From positions 64,001 through 128,000 of the forward strand of contig CAXXGO010000005.1 in assembly GCA_963666835.2 (NCBI GenBank): a stretch of DNA of 64,000 nt, in the 5' to 3' direction. Under the pieces are notes generated by a model, which had not been told where the DNA came from, did no database searches, and saw only the letters and a list, made by a program, of their open reading frames with translations. The stretch comes from Phycisphaerae bacterium (GTDB lineage: Bacteria > Planctomycetota > Phycisphaerae > UBA1845). The position numbers were made by a program, and so were the translations under genes. Positions 39,417-50,146 of the stretch are shown one piece after another (the stretch's first letter is position 1; every line of letters starts with the position of its first letter).

Positions 39417-40184
39417 TCAGCAATGACCGCCTGGGACAATGTGACAGAGCAGATCCGACCCGCCGCAACGACCGCAACTGTGACAAGGATTGTCACCTTT
39501 GACGGGGAAGCCCGGTTTGCACTCGCGGAAACAAGTCCAGCAGTGCGACCGGGGGCAGAGGAATGGTCCAACCAAAGGGAGTCGGTTCATTAAGTGGCAG
39601 AACACCAATTGGGAAGCACAGCAATACGGATGCCACATACCGGCGTCCGACCCGCGAGGTTGTTGCCCGATTTCCCACGAAGCAGGCACGCCGTCGACCT
39701 CGCCCATGCCGATCGTAATCTCCAGGTATGTGGGGCAGAGGTTGTTGGTTACGGGCATGATGATATGCACGTACAGGGCGGCGTCTCCGGGCACTTCCGA
39801 CCACGTATCCAGCGGATGGTTATGCTCATGCCAGGTGTCGATCATGTTCTGATCCACTATCTCCATCCAGCCGATCACATGGATTGCCGTTATCTCCGAG
39901 ATGTTATCCGGAATCGGATCGATCGGTTTCGCGACCCACTCCGTATTGTCGGGGAAGATAACGCCGCTCACAACCCCGTCCTGGTAATTGACGATTGGCG
40001 CGCGATCCGCGCTGGATGCCTCGAAGGTGATGTCGCCCTTCGAGTCTTCCTGTAGGGTCTGGATGAACACTTGCTTCGTTTCGGACGCGATCCGCTCGGG
40101 CTGCGCGCCTCCTGCGGACGACGCGGCTGCAAACGGGGCCGCGACGACCCCCAGTACGATCAATCCTCCGAGTCTGCTCTTCAT
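39417..40184 (-). CDS. Secreted hypothetical protein with Cys-rich C-terminus
   Basis: Signal peptide; AAGGAG RBS; Cys/His-rich tail. Confidence 0.6.
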   Translation of the reverse strand: MKSRLGGLIVLGVVAAPFAAASSAGGAQPERIASETKQVFIQTLQEDSKGDITFEASSADRAPIVNYQDGVVSGVIFPDNTEWVAKPIDPIPDNISEITAIHVIGWMEIVDQNMIDTWHEHNHPLDTWSEVPGDAALYVHIIMPVTNNLCPTYLEITIGMGEVDGVPASWEIGQQPRGSDAGMWHPYCCASQLVFCHLMNRLPLVGPFLCPRSHCWTCFRECKPGFPVKGDNPCHSCGRCGGSDLLCHIVPGGHC

Positions 40185-40779
40185 AATCGGTCTCCTTTCG
40201 AGATGGGGATGGCATGACGCCAGACGATGTACCTCCGAACCTGCGTGTCGCCTTCTCCGGGTTTGACGAACCGGATCCAGCCAAGATGGGAACGCTAGCC
40301 TGAACGGTAATCCCGTACCGGCTGCCTGGAGATTCTACTGATTTGAAGTCCCATGTCAAGGGTCAGGGAAGGAAATTCGCCAGGGGTGTTAGGGGGGGGC
40401 ACATAAAGTGATAGCGGCTCCTGGTTTGGGGCGCTATGGTCGGTGGGGGTGGGCATGTTCGGTAGGCAAGGGTGATGCCCTGAGGCAATTCGGCGCGGTC
40501 ATGAGCGCGGCAAACCCCGGCCTGTTTGCTCGACAAACGAAGGGTGCAACGGCCGGGCCGGCGACCGTAATCCTGCGAAACCCAAGCCGGTGGCTACGGC
40601 GGCCGCGCGGCGGCGCGCTCGGCAGGGTTCCGGCTGTTTCCCGCAAGCGGAAGCGGCGGGTCGGTCGATGCTACTGCGGGGCCTAAGATGTTGGCCAGGT
40701 GCGGTTGGTTTTCCTACAATGCAGATCGTGCGGGGAACCTGAGTCCGTTTGTTCGGTTGTGATTGGGAAGGTGGGTGCG

Positions 40780-41103
40780 ATGGCGGAGCGTGCACAGAAA
40801 CAGAAGGCGAAACTCGAGACCGTCGAGCCCCTCGGCAAGCGCGTCCTGATCCGAAAGGACGAGGACAAGAAGGTAACCAAGGGCGGCATCGAACTTCCCG
40901 ACTCGATCGAGATCCCGACCATCACCGGGCGGATAGTGGCCGTGTCGGCCCAGGTCGACCACGATGACGACTTCCCGCTCCGGCAATACGACCGGGTGCT
41001 CTTCAACCCGAAACAGGCGATTCCGGTCGAGTTTGATACAGATAACTACCTCTTTGTCGTACCGATTGAGGACGTGGTGGCCGTGTTCCGCAAAGTGACC
41101 TGA
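40780..41103 (+). CDS. groES: GroES-family co-chaperonin (no adjacent groEL)
   Basis: VEPLGKRVLIRK...TKGGIELPDS...GRIVAV...EDVVAV. Confidence 0.85.
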   Translation: MAERAQKQKAKLETVEPLGKRVLIRKDEDKKVTKGGIELPDSIEIPTITGRIVAVSAQVDHDDDFPLRQYDRVLFNPKQAIPVEFDTDNYLFVVPIEDVVAVFRKVT

Positions 41104-41158
41104 TGATGCCCGCTCGAACCGGCCCGCGACTCGCGTGGCGGGAACGCCCTGCCCTGAA

Positions 41159-41944
41159 ATGATCGATCTACCCACACCTGCGCTGATTGGCGTTGTCCAT
41201 CTTCCGGCTCTTCCCGGCAGTCCCGGGCATGAGTTGTCGATGCCCGAGATCGTCAAGCGGGCGGTTTCGGACGCGAGAACTCTGCGCGAGGCGTCGTTCG
41301 ACGCCGTAGTGATTGAGAATTTCGGAGACGTTCCGTTTCCGGCGACCTCCTCGGCGCCGGCGGCGATAGCTGCGATGGCCGTGGCGGCCGATGCCGTTCG
41401 CCGCGAGGTGGGGATTGCGGTTGGCGTGAATGTGCTCCGCAACGACGCCCGGGCGGCGCTGGGGATCGCCGCCGCGGTGGGGGCGAGCTTCATACGGGTA
41501 AACGTCCATACCGGCGTCTGTGCGACCGACCAGGGCATAATCGAAGGGCGGGCGGATGAGACTCTGCGCGATCGGAAGATGCTGGGCAGGCGGGTCGCGA
41601 TTCTGGCGGATGTTCACGTGAAGCACGCGGTGACGCTAAGTCATCCGGACATCGGGGCCGCGGCTCGCGATACTGCTTATCGCGGCTTGGCGGACGGTCT
41701 GATCGTAACCGGTCCGGCCACTGGGGAGCCGGTGGATGTCGAGGACCTTCGCCGGGTTCAAGAAGCCGTTTCTGATCGGCGGGTCTTTGTGGGGAGCGGA
41801 GCGACGGTCGGCTCGGTGGGTAAGCTGTTGCAGTGTTCGTCCGGTATCATCGTCGGGTGCGGGGTGAAGGCGGGAGCGGATCCGGCCGAGCCGGTCGACT
41901 CGCGGCTGGCCCGGCAGTTCGCCGATGCGGCGGGGCGGGGGTGA
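41159..41944 (+). CDS. BtpA/SgcQ family protein
   Basis: IGVVHLPALPGSP, IENFGDVPF, GVNVLRND, ADVHVKHA, ADGLIVTG. Confidence 0.92.
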   Translation: MIDLPTPALIGVVHLPALPGSPGHELSMPEIVKRAVSDARTLREASFDAVVIENFGDVPFPATSSAPAAIAAMAVAADAVRREVGIAVGVNVLRNDARAALGIAAAVGASFIRVNVHTGVCATDQGIIEGRADETLRDRKMLGRRVAILADVHVKHAVTLSHPDIGAAARDTAYRGLADGLIVTGPATGEPVDVEDLRRVQEAVSDRRVFVGSGATVGSVGKLLQCSSGIIVGCGVKAGADPAEPVDSRLARQFADAAGRG

Positions 41945-41950
41945 TTCGGC

Positions 41951-42997
41951 TTGGCAAACAAGAGGGTTCATCTCATCGCCCCGGCCGGTTCGTGTCGACC
42001 GTTCATGTCTCTCTTGCACGTGCAATCGGCGTCTGAGCTGTTGGCCATCGTGCAAGAGGCGGTGGGGGACGGCTATACCGTAACAGGTGACGAGGAGCTT
42101 ATCGGCGCGGGCGAGGATGAGGAGCACGGCGGGCGAACCGACGATCGCCGACGGGCTGCGGACATCGAGCGGGCGCTGGGCGACGCTGAGGTTGCTGCCG
42201 TGGTGACAATCCGCGGGGGGGCGTGGTTTACGCGGGTCCTTCCGATGATTGACTTCACCGTGCTTGATGCGCGGACCGAGCCGGTGGCGGTGTTCGGGTT
42301 CAGCGAGCTGACGACCTTGGTAAACATTGTGGCCGGGCACGCCAAAGGTGTGGGCATATACGATATGGGGCCGGCGTTTCTGGCGTACGGGCTGAAACGG
42401 CATGCCGAAGTTGACTTGGGGATGTCGGATTCGGGTTCGCCGACTCCGGACGAGTGGATGCGAGCCCGGTTGTCTGCGGAGTTTCGGGCGTTTCACGGCG
42501 ACGTCGTTTCGATGATCGAAGGCCGCGGGACGGATCGAGCTATAACTGCCGAGCTTATTCGCGGTGATCTTCCGGACCACAGTGAAGTGTCCTTTGTGGG
42601 CGGGAATCTTACGGTTTTGATGACGCTGGTCGGGTCCAAACACCAACGATGCATCGATCCCGCCGGGCGCTGGCTGTTGATCGAGGATCTGAACGAGAAA
42701 CCCGAACGAATCGACCGGTTCCTTGCCCAGTTGACCCTGGCGGGTTTCTGGGACAACTGCGCCGGGATCCTCCTGGGCGATTTCCACCGGTGCGATCGAA
42801 ATCTTACCGACGCTACCTCCGAGCTGCTGTCCTACCATCTGCCTTCGACTCGATCGATCCCGGTTTTGAAGACAGGTGATGTAGGCCACACGTGGCCGAT
42901 GTCTCCTCTGCCGTTGAACGTGCCGGTTAAGCTGGGGCGATTGGACGGTTGCCGGTTTGAGGTTGTGGTTGAGCCGTCTCTGTGGCGGGGCTCGTGA
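41951..42997 (+). CDS. S66 LD-carboxypeptidase family protein
   Basis: IAPAGS, IRGGAW, FGFSE, GGNLTVL, LIEDLNE, VGH. Confidence 0.85.
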   Translation: MANKRVHLIAPAGSCRPFMSLLHVQSASELLAIVQEAVGDGYTVTGDEELIGAGEDEEHGGRTDDRRRAADIERALGDAEVAAVVTIRGGAWFTRVLPMIDFTVLDARTEPVAVFGFSELTTLVNIVAGHAKGVGIYDMGPAFLAYGLKRHAEVDLGMSDSGSPTPDEWMRARLSAEFRAFHGDVVSMIEGRGTDRAITAELIRGDLPDHSEVSFVGGNLTVLMTLVGSKHQRCIDPAGRWLLIEDLNEKPERIDRFLAQLTLAGFWDNCAGILLGDFHRCDRNLTDATSELLSYHLPSTRSIPVLKTGDVGHTWPMSPLPLNVPVKLGRLDGCRFEVVVEPSLWRGS

Positions 42998-43014
42998 TCG
43001 CGGCGCGCGGGCGA

Positions 43015-44229
43015 CTAAGAAGTCAAGTCACGCAGGGCGAGGCTGACGCGGTTGAGCCCTTCCCGCAGGTCGTCCGGCGGGGCGACGATACTCACGCGAA
43101 TGTGGTCGTTCGACCCGAAAAAGCCACCGGGTACCACCTGTGTTTCATAGGTTGATACCAAGCGGTCGTTCAATGCCTCTGGGGTGACACCTTCAGGCAG
43201 TCGAACGCACTCGAACAGGGCTCCGAAGCTGGGGTAGCCGCGCACGAGGGGCTCGGCGTCCAGCCACTTGCGGAACACCGGCTTGCCTGCGTGATAGTGG
43301 CGCCGGAAGCGATCTTCCAAACGGTCGATCTGAGTCATGGCTCCGGCAGCTATCGCGGCGGCCGGTGCCGAATTCTCGACACTGAGCAAATCCATGATCT
43401 CCCGAGCTTGCTCGGCCGGACCCGGTGGGGCGATGAGCCATCCGACGCGCAGGCCTCCCAGGCCGTACACCTTGGTCAGGGAGTTCGTGACGATGATATT
43501 GTCGGCCAGGGTAGCCGCCGTCCAGCGCGGTTGGTTATGGTTAAGGTGGTTGGCGTCCAGATAGACTTCGTCGACGATGAGCATTGCCCCCGATCGGTCA
43601 CACACTTCGGCGAGCCGACGAACGGCGTCGGGAGGGAGTAACTGCCCGCTGGGGTTGTGCAGGTTGGTGAGGAAGACCGCGCAGGCGCCGCGGTCCAACG
43701 TGTCTTGCACGGTTTGCGGTGTAATGCCGAAGGCGTCCTCCGGCCGTCGGAGCAAGGGAATCACCTCAAAACCCAGAAAGAAAGCCGCCCGAGGCAGGGG
43801 GTCATAGACGGGTGTCTCTATGGCGACACGCTCACAGATGGTGTCATCGTCCGGTCTTCTGGATGGGCGTTTAAGTCGCAGTGAATCCGCGATGGCGGGC
43901 TCTCCGCGTTCCGGACGGTCGGGCATCCGCTTCGGCGATGGGGCGGTTGCCGGGTGATATGTACACTCCGTCCGGTGTCGCATTGCTGTCGCTAGGGCGA
44001 TGAAATTGGCGGTGCTCGTACCGGGAACCGGCACGATCCGTTCGCCAGGGACGTTGTATCGGGCCGAAATGGCTTCGATAAGGGCCGGATCGCCGTAAGT
44101 CCCTTGGACTTCAAGAGTAAGCGGTGCCACCTGCTCGCCCAGATCGTCCGGGGATGCCGGCGGTACGCCGCTTGAGGTCAGTTCATACCGCACGCGGGGA
44201 TGAGTCTTGGCCCAGTGCAGATAGCTCAT
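43015..44229 (-). CDS. PLP-dependent aminotransferase class I/II
   Basis: TNLHNPSG, VDEVY, NSLTKVYGLGGLRVGW. Confidence 0.9.
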   Translation of the reverse strand: MSYLHWAKTHPRVRYELTSSGVPPASPDDLGEQVAPLTLEVQGTYGDPALIEAISARYNVPGERIVPVPGTSTANFIALATAMRHRTECTYHPATAPSPKRMPDRPERGEPAIADSLRLKRPSRRPDDDTICERVAIETPVYDPLPRAAFFLGFEVIPLLRRPEDAFGITPQTVQDTLDRGACAVFLTNLHNPSGQLLPPDAVRRLAEVCDRSGAMLIVDEVYLDANHLNHNQPRWTAATLADNIIVTNSLTKVYGLGGLRVGWLIAPPGPAEQAREIMDLLSVENSAPAAAIAAGAMTQIDRLEDRFRRHYHAGKPVFRKWLDAEPLVRGYPSFGALFECVRLPEGVTPEALNDRLVSTYETQVVPGGFFGSNDHIRVSIVAPPDDLREGLNRVSLALRDLTS

Positions 44230-44448
44230 ATCGCTCGTCTCATCTTGCGGACCATCTCTGCGATAGTGAGCTTCAGTGCCCAAAAGGCGACACAGGACCC
44301 TAAAAATACTCCGGTGACATCAGTTGTCAGTCGGATGACAACGTGTTATGGTACCGCGTGGCCAGAGATGATGAAAGATGCTGCCGGCGCGTGCAGATCT
44401 CATCATCGCGGAACTGGGCGATTCATCGATTCTCATTGGGAGCGAACC

Positions 44449-44802
44449 ATGGCGGGCCAGTTAAGTGCGAAGTCGGATTTCACGGAGACTTTTGCGATAC
44501 ATGTGGCACTGAAGTATGCCCTGAAGGCGAAGCAGTATGATTCTACGGCGGAAGTCCGGAAGGCGGCGGAGGTCCTTTGCAGGGAGTTGCAGGGGGAGAA
44601 GTCGATCTACGGACGTCAGCTAAAGATGATCGCCCTGATGGAGAAGGGGGCCACGATTGCCGAGCTCGGAAGGAAGTTGCGGTGCTCGCGCCGAACGGTT
44701 TTCCGCTATCTCAATCACCTTGAGGATGCCGGCGTTTCGATCACTTTGGAAGGCAGCAAGTACCGGGTCGACAAGAGCATCGTCAAGATGCTCCGCGCAT
44801 AG
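44449..44802 (+). CDS. Small HTH DNA-binding protein
   Basis: ATIAELGRKLRCSRRTVFRYLNHLEDAGV. Confidence 0.75.
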   Translation: MAGQLSAKSDFTETFAIHVALKYALKAKQYDSTAEVRKAAEVLCRELQGEKSIYGRQLKMIALMEKGATIAELGRKLRCSRRTVFRYLNHLEDAGVSITLEGSKYRVDKSIVKMLRA

Positions 44803-44944
44803 CCGGTTCTCCATTGGCGTTAGAGAGCGAGCGCTCTATCACAACCGCTTGCCGGTAGGTTTCTGGGGCTGCGCCGTGAGGGGGCGGTCGGGCATCTAAC
44901 GGCGCGCGGTTTGTAGCGGTGTCAGCGTGGTCTACGCGGGTAGG

Positions 44945-45328
44945 TTATGGGACTTTCGGCTCACCCCGCATAGGGACAGTCTTCTTTTTCGCGGCCCGCC
45001 TGACCAGTTTAAGGACAGATCTCGAATAGCCGCGTGGTCGGTTTGAGGATTGGGGTTTAGCTACGCACACGATATCGAAGCCGCGGGGAAGGTCCGTCTT
45101 CAGGAGGCGGAATGCCTCGCGGAGTTGCCGTTTCACGTAGTTCCGCTCCGGGGCATTACCGACCCGCCGGCTGACGCTCAGGCCCAGACGTGACCAGGCC
45201 AGCTTGTTCTTAACCAGATAGATTACCAGTAGGTTGTCGCCCGCACGGAGTCCCCTGCGGTACGCGCGGGTAAAATCCGACTGGTGTCGAATATGCTCGC
45301 GGCGTCGAAAGCGTCGATCGGCCGTCAT
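44945..45328 (-). CDS. rnpA: Ribonuclease P protein component
   Basis: RLGLSVSRRVGNAPERNYVKRQLREAFR. Confidence 0.9.
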   Translation of the reverse strand: MTADRRFRRREHIRHQSDFTRAYRRGLRAGDNLLVIYLVKNKLAWSRLGLSVSRRVGNAPERNYVKRQLREAFRLLKTDLPRGFDIVCVAKPQSSNRPRGYSRSVLKLVRRAAKKKTVPMRGEPKVP

Positions 45329-45672
45329 GTCGGCTCTCCGGTGTAACCGTACGCCAACCAGTACATAACAAGTACTTCTTGGGTGCCCACCAGCAATCCT
45401 CCTGGGCTGGGGATACGCTGAGACTCGTTTACGGCTGCGGACTCCTGCGTCCGCTGTCGCGTCACTCTTCGGGACAGCCGTGCTAATTACTACTTCGAAT
45501 GACGCGGAGAGTCCAGTTGCCCGACGCATGCCGTCCGAGATCGTGGCATGGTGCGGGGGGGCGGCTGTAGCCTTGCGGTTCTGGATTGGGACCCGAGGGC
45601 GACATAGAATCCTAGCGGGATGTTTGGATGACGATGTCGTAAAGACTTGGTGTAACTACGTCGGGCGAGCCG

Positions 45673-45993
45673 GTGGTACGAATGGTGATTGTGATAGGGT
45701 CAATGTGCTTTTCAGTTCTGGCAACGGGTCGCCCGCGGGTGGGGGAGGATGCCCGCCTGTCCGGAGTGATAGAGGGTTTTGCCTGGCTGGGTCTAATTCT
45801 CGCCGTCGTAGTGGCGTGTGCCGTGGCGGTACGGTATATCAAGGGGAGAATCAGGAGTACGATGGAGGAGTCGACGCTCGTCTTCAACCTGGAAGATCTT
45901 CGCCGTCTGCGAGATAACGGTGATCTGACTTTGGCGGAGTACGAGACGCTCAGGCGTCGGTTGGTGGACGAAGCGTGCGGCGGAGACGCTTAA
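45673..45993 (+). CDS. Small membrane protein with SHOCT-like C-terminus (start uncertain)
   Basis: TM helix then FNLEDLRRLRDNGDLTLAEYETLR. Confidence 0.6.
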   Translation: MVRMVIVIGSMCFSVLATGRPRVGEDARLSGVIEGFAWLGLILAVVVACAVAVRYIKGRIRSTMEESTLVFNLEDLRRLRDNGDLTLAEYETLRRRLVDEACGGDA

Positions 45994-46118
45994 GCGGCTG
46001 GAGTCTTCGCCCGATAAGCTATTACGCCGGGTCGGGGCGTTCCTTTGCTTGAGGGAGCGGATCAGCCTGGGTTGGGTGCCTAAACGATGTCTGGGCAGGG
46101 TGTCTACAGGAGTCGATA

Positions 46119-47411
46119 ATGGCGACGGGCCGAAATGGCGGAGGCAATGGTGGGGGACGCACGCGGCGTTCAAGCACGTGCAGCTTCTGCGGGAAAAGCC
46201 AGCGCGACGCTGGTCCGATGGTGGAAGGACCTCGCGATGTCTACATTTGCAAGTCCTGTGTGGAGCTGTGCCACAGCATCATTAAGCAGGAAACTCGCAA
46301 GGCCTCGGCGTCGCGGGCGATTCTGGCGGACATTCCCAGTCCGCGCGAGATTCACGAGTTCCTGAATCAGTACATCATCGGGCAGGACTGCGCCAAGCGC
46401 ACGCTGGCGGTCGGAGTCCACAACCATTACAAGCGACTTCAACACATCGACCGGGCGGATCCGGACGATGTCGAGATCGACAAGTCCAACGTTCTGGTGC
46501 TCGGCCCGACCGGTTCCGGCAAGACGCTGTTGGCTCGGACTCTGGCTCGAATGCTGAACGTACCGTTCGCCATTTGTGATGCCACGACCCTGACAGAGGC
46601 AGGATACGTCGGCGAGGATGTAGAGAATATCCTCCTGCGGCTGTTGCAGAGCGCCGAATATGACCTGGACGTGGCACAACGCGGTATTATCTACATCGAT
46701 GAGATCGATAAGATCGGTCGAACATCTCATAATGTGAGCATTACGCGGGATGTTTCGGGGGAAGGTGTCCAGCAGAGCCTGCTGAAGATGCTCGAGGGAA
46801 CCGTGTCGAACATCCCGCCGCAGGGCGGCCGCAAGCATCCGGAGCAGCAGTATATTCAACTGGACACCACGAACATCCTGTTTATCTGCGGCGGGACGTT
46901 CGTCGGTCTGACCGATATTATTCGGCGACGGATCGGCCACAGCGCCATCGGATTCTCGAATGAGGGAGAGCCGCGCGACGAGACGCGGGAAGAGGGCGAG
47001 ATTCTCGCCCAGGTCTCGCCGGACGACTTGGTGGAATACGGGATGATTCCGGAGCTGATCGGCCGGTTACCGATAATCACCACGCTTGATCCGCTCGATG
47101 TCGAAACCCTGGTGCGGATTCTTACCGAGCCGCGTAATGCGCTCGTCAAGCAGTATCAGAAGTACTTCGAGTACGAAGGTTGCGAGCTTGAGTTCTCTAC
47201 AGAGGCTTACCGCATGATTGCGCAGCGAGCGTTGGACCGGGAAACCGGAGCTCGCGGGCTACGGGGGGTCATGGAGGAGATTATGCTGGAGCCGATGTAT
47301 GAGCTTCCCGATTCCGGACAGTCCGGAAAGAAGGTCGTTACCGAGGCGGTAGTGGCGGGCACGGAACCACTTCTCTCACCCAAACCCAGGCGGCGGCGAG
47401 AATCCGCCTGA
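46119..47411 (+). CDS. clpX: ATP-dependent Clp protease ATPase subunit
   Basis: CSFCGK...ICKSC zinc finger, [24 protein letters not shown]. Confidence 0.97.
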   Translation: MATGRNGGGNGGGRTRRSSTCSFCGKSQRDAGPMVEGPRDVYICKSCVELCHSIIKQETRKASASRAILADIPSPREIHEFLNQYIIGQDCAKRTLAVGVHNHYKRLQHIDRADPDDVEIDKSNVLVLGPTGSGKTLLARTLARMLNVPFAICDATTLTEAGYVGEDVENILLRLLQSAEYDLDVAQRGIIYIDEIDKIGRTSHNVSITRDVSGEGVQQSLLKMLEGTVSNIPPQGGRKHPEQQYIQLDTTNILFICGGTFVGLTDIIRRRIGHSAIGFSNEGEPRDETREEGEILAQVSPDDLVEYGMIPELIGRLPIITTLDPLDVETLVRILTEPRNALVKQYQKYFEYEGCELEFSTEAYRMIAQRALDRETGARGLRGVMEEIMLEPMYELPDSGQSGKKVVTEAVVAGTEPLLSPKPRRRRESA

Positions 47412-47539
47412 CCACGTTCCGTATTGTATGATTTGGATAGACGCCCGACGGTAAAGTCTGCGCCAAGGAGCGCCGATACGTGGCTTGTCAGCGCGGCCGT
47501 TGTCGGGGCGGGGCGTTTCTCTGGTTGGTGTGTGCGACT

Positions 47540-47710
47540 ATGGCTGTGACGATGCTATGTCCAAGGCTCCGTTGCCGAGCGATTCTCCGGGTGCCGGACT
47601 CCGTGCGGGGTAAGCGGGTCCGATGCGGAGAGTGCGGTGCCACCTTTGTGGTACCCGGTGAACCGGCGCCGGCCAAGAAAGAGCCCGCCAAGCAGGACGC
47701 CGGAAAGTGA
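47540..47710 (+). CDS. Small zinc-ribbon protein
   Basis: CPRLRC...LRVPDSVRGKRVRCGECG. Confidence 0.65.
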   Translation: MAVTMLCPRLRCRAILRVPDSVRGKRVRCGECGATFVVPGEPAPAKKEPAKQDAGK

Positions 47711-47735
47711 CGAGGCCGCCCGGCCTCCACTCCAA

Positions 47736-48326
47736 CTACGACGTTCCCAGCAATCCCCCACAACACATGAACACCGGCAGTACCGCGGCGGTGACCAGCG
47801 CGGATATCGCCATCGCCCGACGATAGGGCCGGGTAACCGCAACAATCCCACAGACGACCGCGGCCAGCCAGAACAAGCCGCCCATGACCATGAGCATCGA
47901 TGAAGCCAGCATCCATGGCGGCACGTTTCCGCCGCCGCCGAATAGCTCGGGGTGTTCTCTGGATATCTGGAAGGGATCCTTGCCCGCCTCCAGCGATTTC
48001 TGTACCGGCTCAAGTTCCGCCGCGTGCTGGCGGACAACTGCATTGACCGCCATCATCGTGGCAATCGACAAGGCGAGCAGTACCCAGGTAACGATTGCCA
48101 GCCGATTGCCTCTCGACGTAATCGGTGGTGGAGGAGACACGTCACCCGGGGTGGAGGGCGGTTGTGCGGGGCTGGCTGTCGGTACCCCGGCAAGGTCGCC
48201 CAAAGATGACTCCGCCGGCGCGGTCACGGTGTTGCGGCAATAGGGGCACGCGACCACCTTCGAGGCCCATTCGTCATCGACCTCGATTGGCTGCAAGCAC
48301 GAACTACATTGAAAGCGAATGGCCAT
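47736..48326 (-). CDS. Zinc-ribbon membrane protein
   Basis: MAIRFQCSSC...CPYC followed by TM helices. Confidence 0.7.
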   Translation of the reverse strand: MAIRFQCSSCLQPIEVDDEWASKVVACPYCRNTVTAPAESSLGDLAGVPTASPAQPPSTPGDVSPPPPITSRGNRLAIVTWVLLALSIATMMAVNAVVRQHAAELEPVQKSLEAGKDPFQISREHPELFGGGGNVPPWMLASSMLMVMGGLFWLAAVVCGIVAVTRPYRRAMAISALVTAAVLPVFMCCGGLLGTS

Positions 48327-48672
48327 GGAGCGAGATAATATCTCCGAGCCCAGCGTGCGGTCAACCGGGCGGATGGGAGCTTCCGCCCGAAAAAAACTCT
48401 GAGTTGCACGATAATTTTCCGGGCCGACGCCCGGCAACATTCGCCGGGTAGCGGGCTCGTGGCGCAGCGGTGGTGAGATCCCGGCCTGCGCCGGCGCAAT
48501 TCCCGCGTGCCGGATGCGCGAGTTTCGCGCAGCTTATGCGGGTTCCGGGCGCCGGCCGCCCCCGACTCCGCATCAAGCGCGAGGTGACCGCCGGTCGATA
48601 CAGGTGACGCTCGAGTGGTCCGATGCCGGGCGGCTGTGGTCCGCCGAGGTCTTTGCTGAGCGAGGGGCTGTA

Positions 48673-48873
48673 ATGCCAAAGAGTGACACTATCGCTGCGA
48701 TCATGGAGTTGAATCCTAGTGCGAGACCGACTTTCCTGGCAGGGTTCTCGCCCGATGAGCTCGACAGTTACCTGTGCCGGCTCAAGAGATCCCGCGAGTT
48801 CGGCAAAGCGCCGCGTCGCACCCCGGGTGATGAACGCCGGAATCCGGAATCGGTCTCACTTTGTGAGTGTTGA
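48673..48873 (+). CDS. Small hypothetical protein
   Basis: GAGGGG RBS; MPKSDTIAAIMELNPSARPTFLAGFSPDELDSYL. Confidence 0.55.
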   Translation: MPKSDTIAAIMELNPSARPTFLAGFSPDELDSYLCRLKRSREFGKAPRRTPGDERRNPESVSLCEC

Positions 48874-48991
48874 TCGCTTCGTGACCGAAGGTGATGTTCA
48901 GATTCCGCCGGGCATCGGGAGGCCGGGACGCGGAGTTCTTCCGGAAGCGTAGTCTTGCGCGTTACGTGACACGCGGAGATTGCCGCCTTTT

Positions 48992-50044
48992 CTACAACTT
49001 GCGGTGAGTTTCAAGCAGCTCCAGCAGATGCAGGAGTTTGGGAGGAAGAGGCGCCACGATTTCCAAAGGAGTCTCGTGGATGGGGTGCGTCACCCGAAGT
49101 CGCCGGGCGTGCAAAGCCTGGAACTCGATTAGCGGGTGCGTATCGCCCGACCCGGTCAAATCAAACTCGCTGACCATCTTTCCACCGTAGAGGGTATCAC
49201 CCATCATCGGGTGTCCGATGGATGACATGTGGACCCGGAGCTGGTGAGTCCGGCCGGTCTTGGGGGCGAGATCCACCGTAGTGTAGCCGCGGTAGCGCCG
49301 GTTGACGCGGTACTCCGTGATGGCGTCCTTGAACATCGCCTGGCGCGGCGGGTTGGCACCCGCGTGAATAATCCGCGACGTTGTCTCGGGGTGAGGGGCC
49401 AGGGGTTTGTGGATGATGTCTCCGTCAAGGGCAATGTGCCCTTCACAAATGGCGAAATACTCCTTGCGGACCTTGCGCTGTTCAAACTGGTGTGATACCC
49501 GCCAGTGGGCTTCGTTGGTTTTGGCAATTAGCAGGACGCCGGTGGTGTTTTTGTCCAGGCGGTGCATGATCCCGGGACGGAAGGGGTCTCCGCCGTCGCT
49601 GAGGGACTCGGCGTGGAAGGCCACCGCATTGGCGACCGTTCCGGACTGGGTAGCCCGGGCCGGGTGACAGATGATGTCAGTGGGCTTGTTGATGGCGATC
49701 AGCCATTCATCCTCGTAGAGGACCTCGAGCGGAATATCCTCCGGTACGATCTCGCTCGGCGGAGGGGGCGGTACCACCATGTCGATGATGTCGTGCGGCG
49801 CCGGTTCGTAGCTGGCTTTGGTCGGTTTGTTGTTGACCTTAACCTGCCCTTGTTTGATATAGCGTTGGATAGTGGTGCGCGAGATGCGCGGGTACTTAGC
49901 TTGCAGGTACTTATCCAGCCGCTTACCCCCGGCACGCCCGCTCACCTCGTGGCGTTCAATGTGTAGCTCGCCGTCACCATCGCCGTTCGGTGTTTCCGGC
50001 GACGAGGGGCGAGGATTCTGATCTTCTTCGAAGGAGTACATCAT
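48992..50044 (-). CDS. RluA/RluD family pseudouridine synthase
   Basis: S4-like RLDKYL; catalytic HRLDKNTTG; TGRTHQLRVH. Confidence 0.93.
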   Translation of the reverse strand: MMYSFEEDQNPRPSSPETPNGDGDGELHIERHEVSGRAGGKRLDKYLQAKYPRISRTTIQRYIKQGQVKVNNKPTKASYEPAPHDIIDMVVPPPPPSEIVPEDIPLEVLYEDEWLIAINKPTDIICHPARATQSGTVANAVAFHAESLSDGGDPFRPGIMHRLDKNTTGVLLIAKTNEAHWRVSHQFEQRKVRKEYFAICEGHIALDGDIIHKPLAPHPETTSRIIHAGANPPRQAMFKDAITEYRVNRRYRGYTTVDLAPKTGRTHQLRVHMSSIGHPMMGDTLYGGKMVSEFDLTGSGDTHPLIEFQALHARRLRVTHPIHETPLEIVAPLPPKLLHLLELLETHRKL

Positions 50045-50146
50045 ACGATGCTTGGGGTAGACAAGTCTGTTGATATCATTCCGTCGGGCGGTTAGCAGGC
50101 TGACCGCAGGGTCCGAGCATCGCGTCGTTGCAGTCCGCACACCTCC

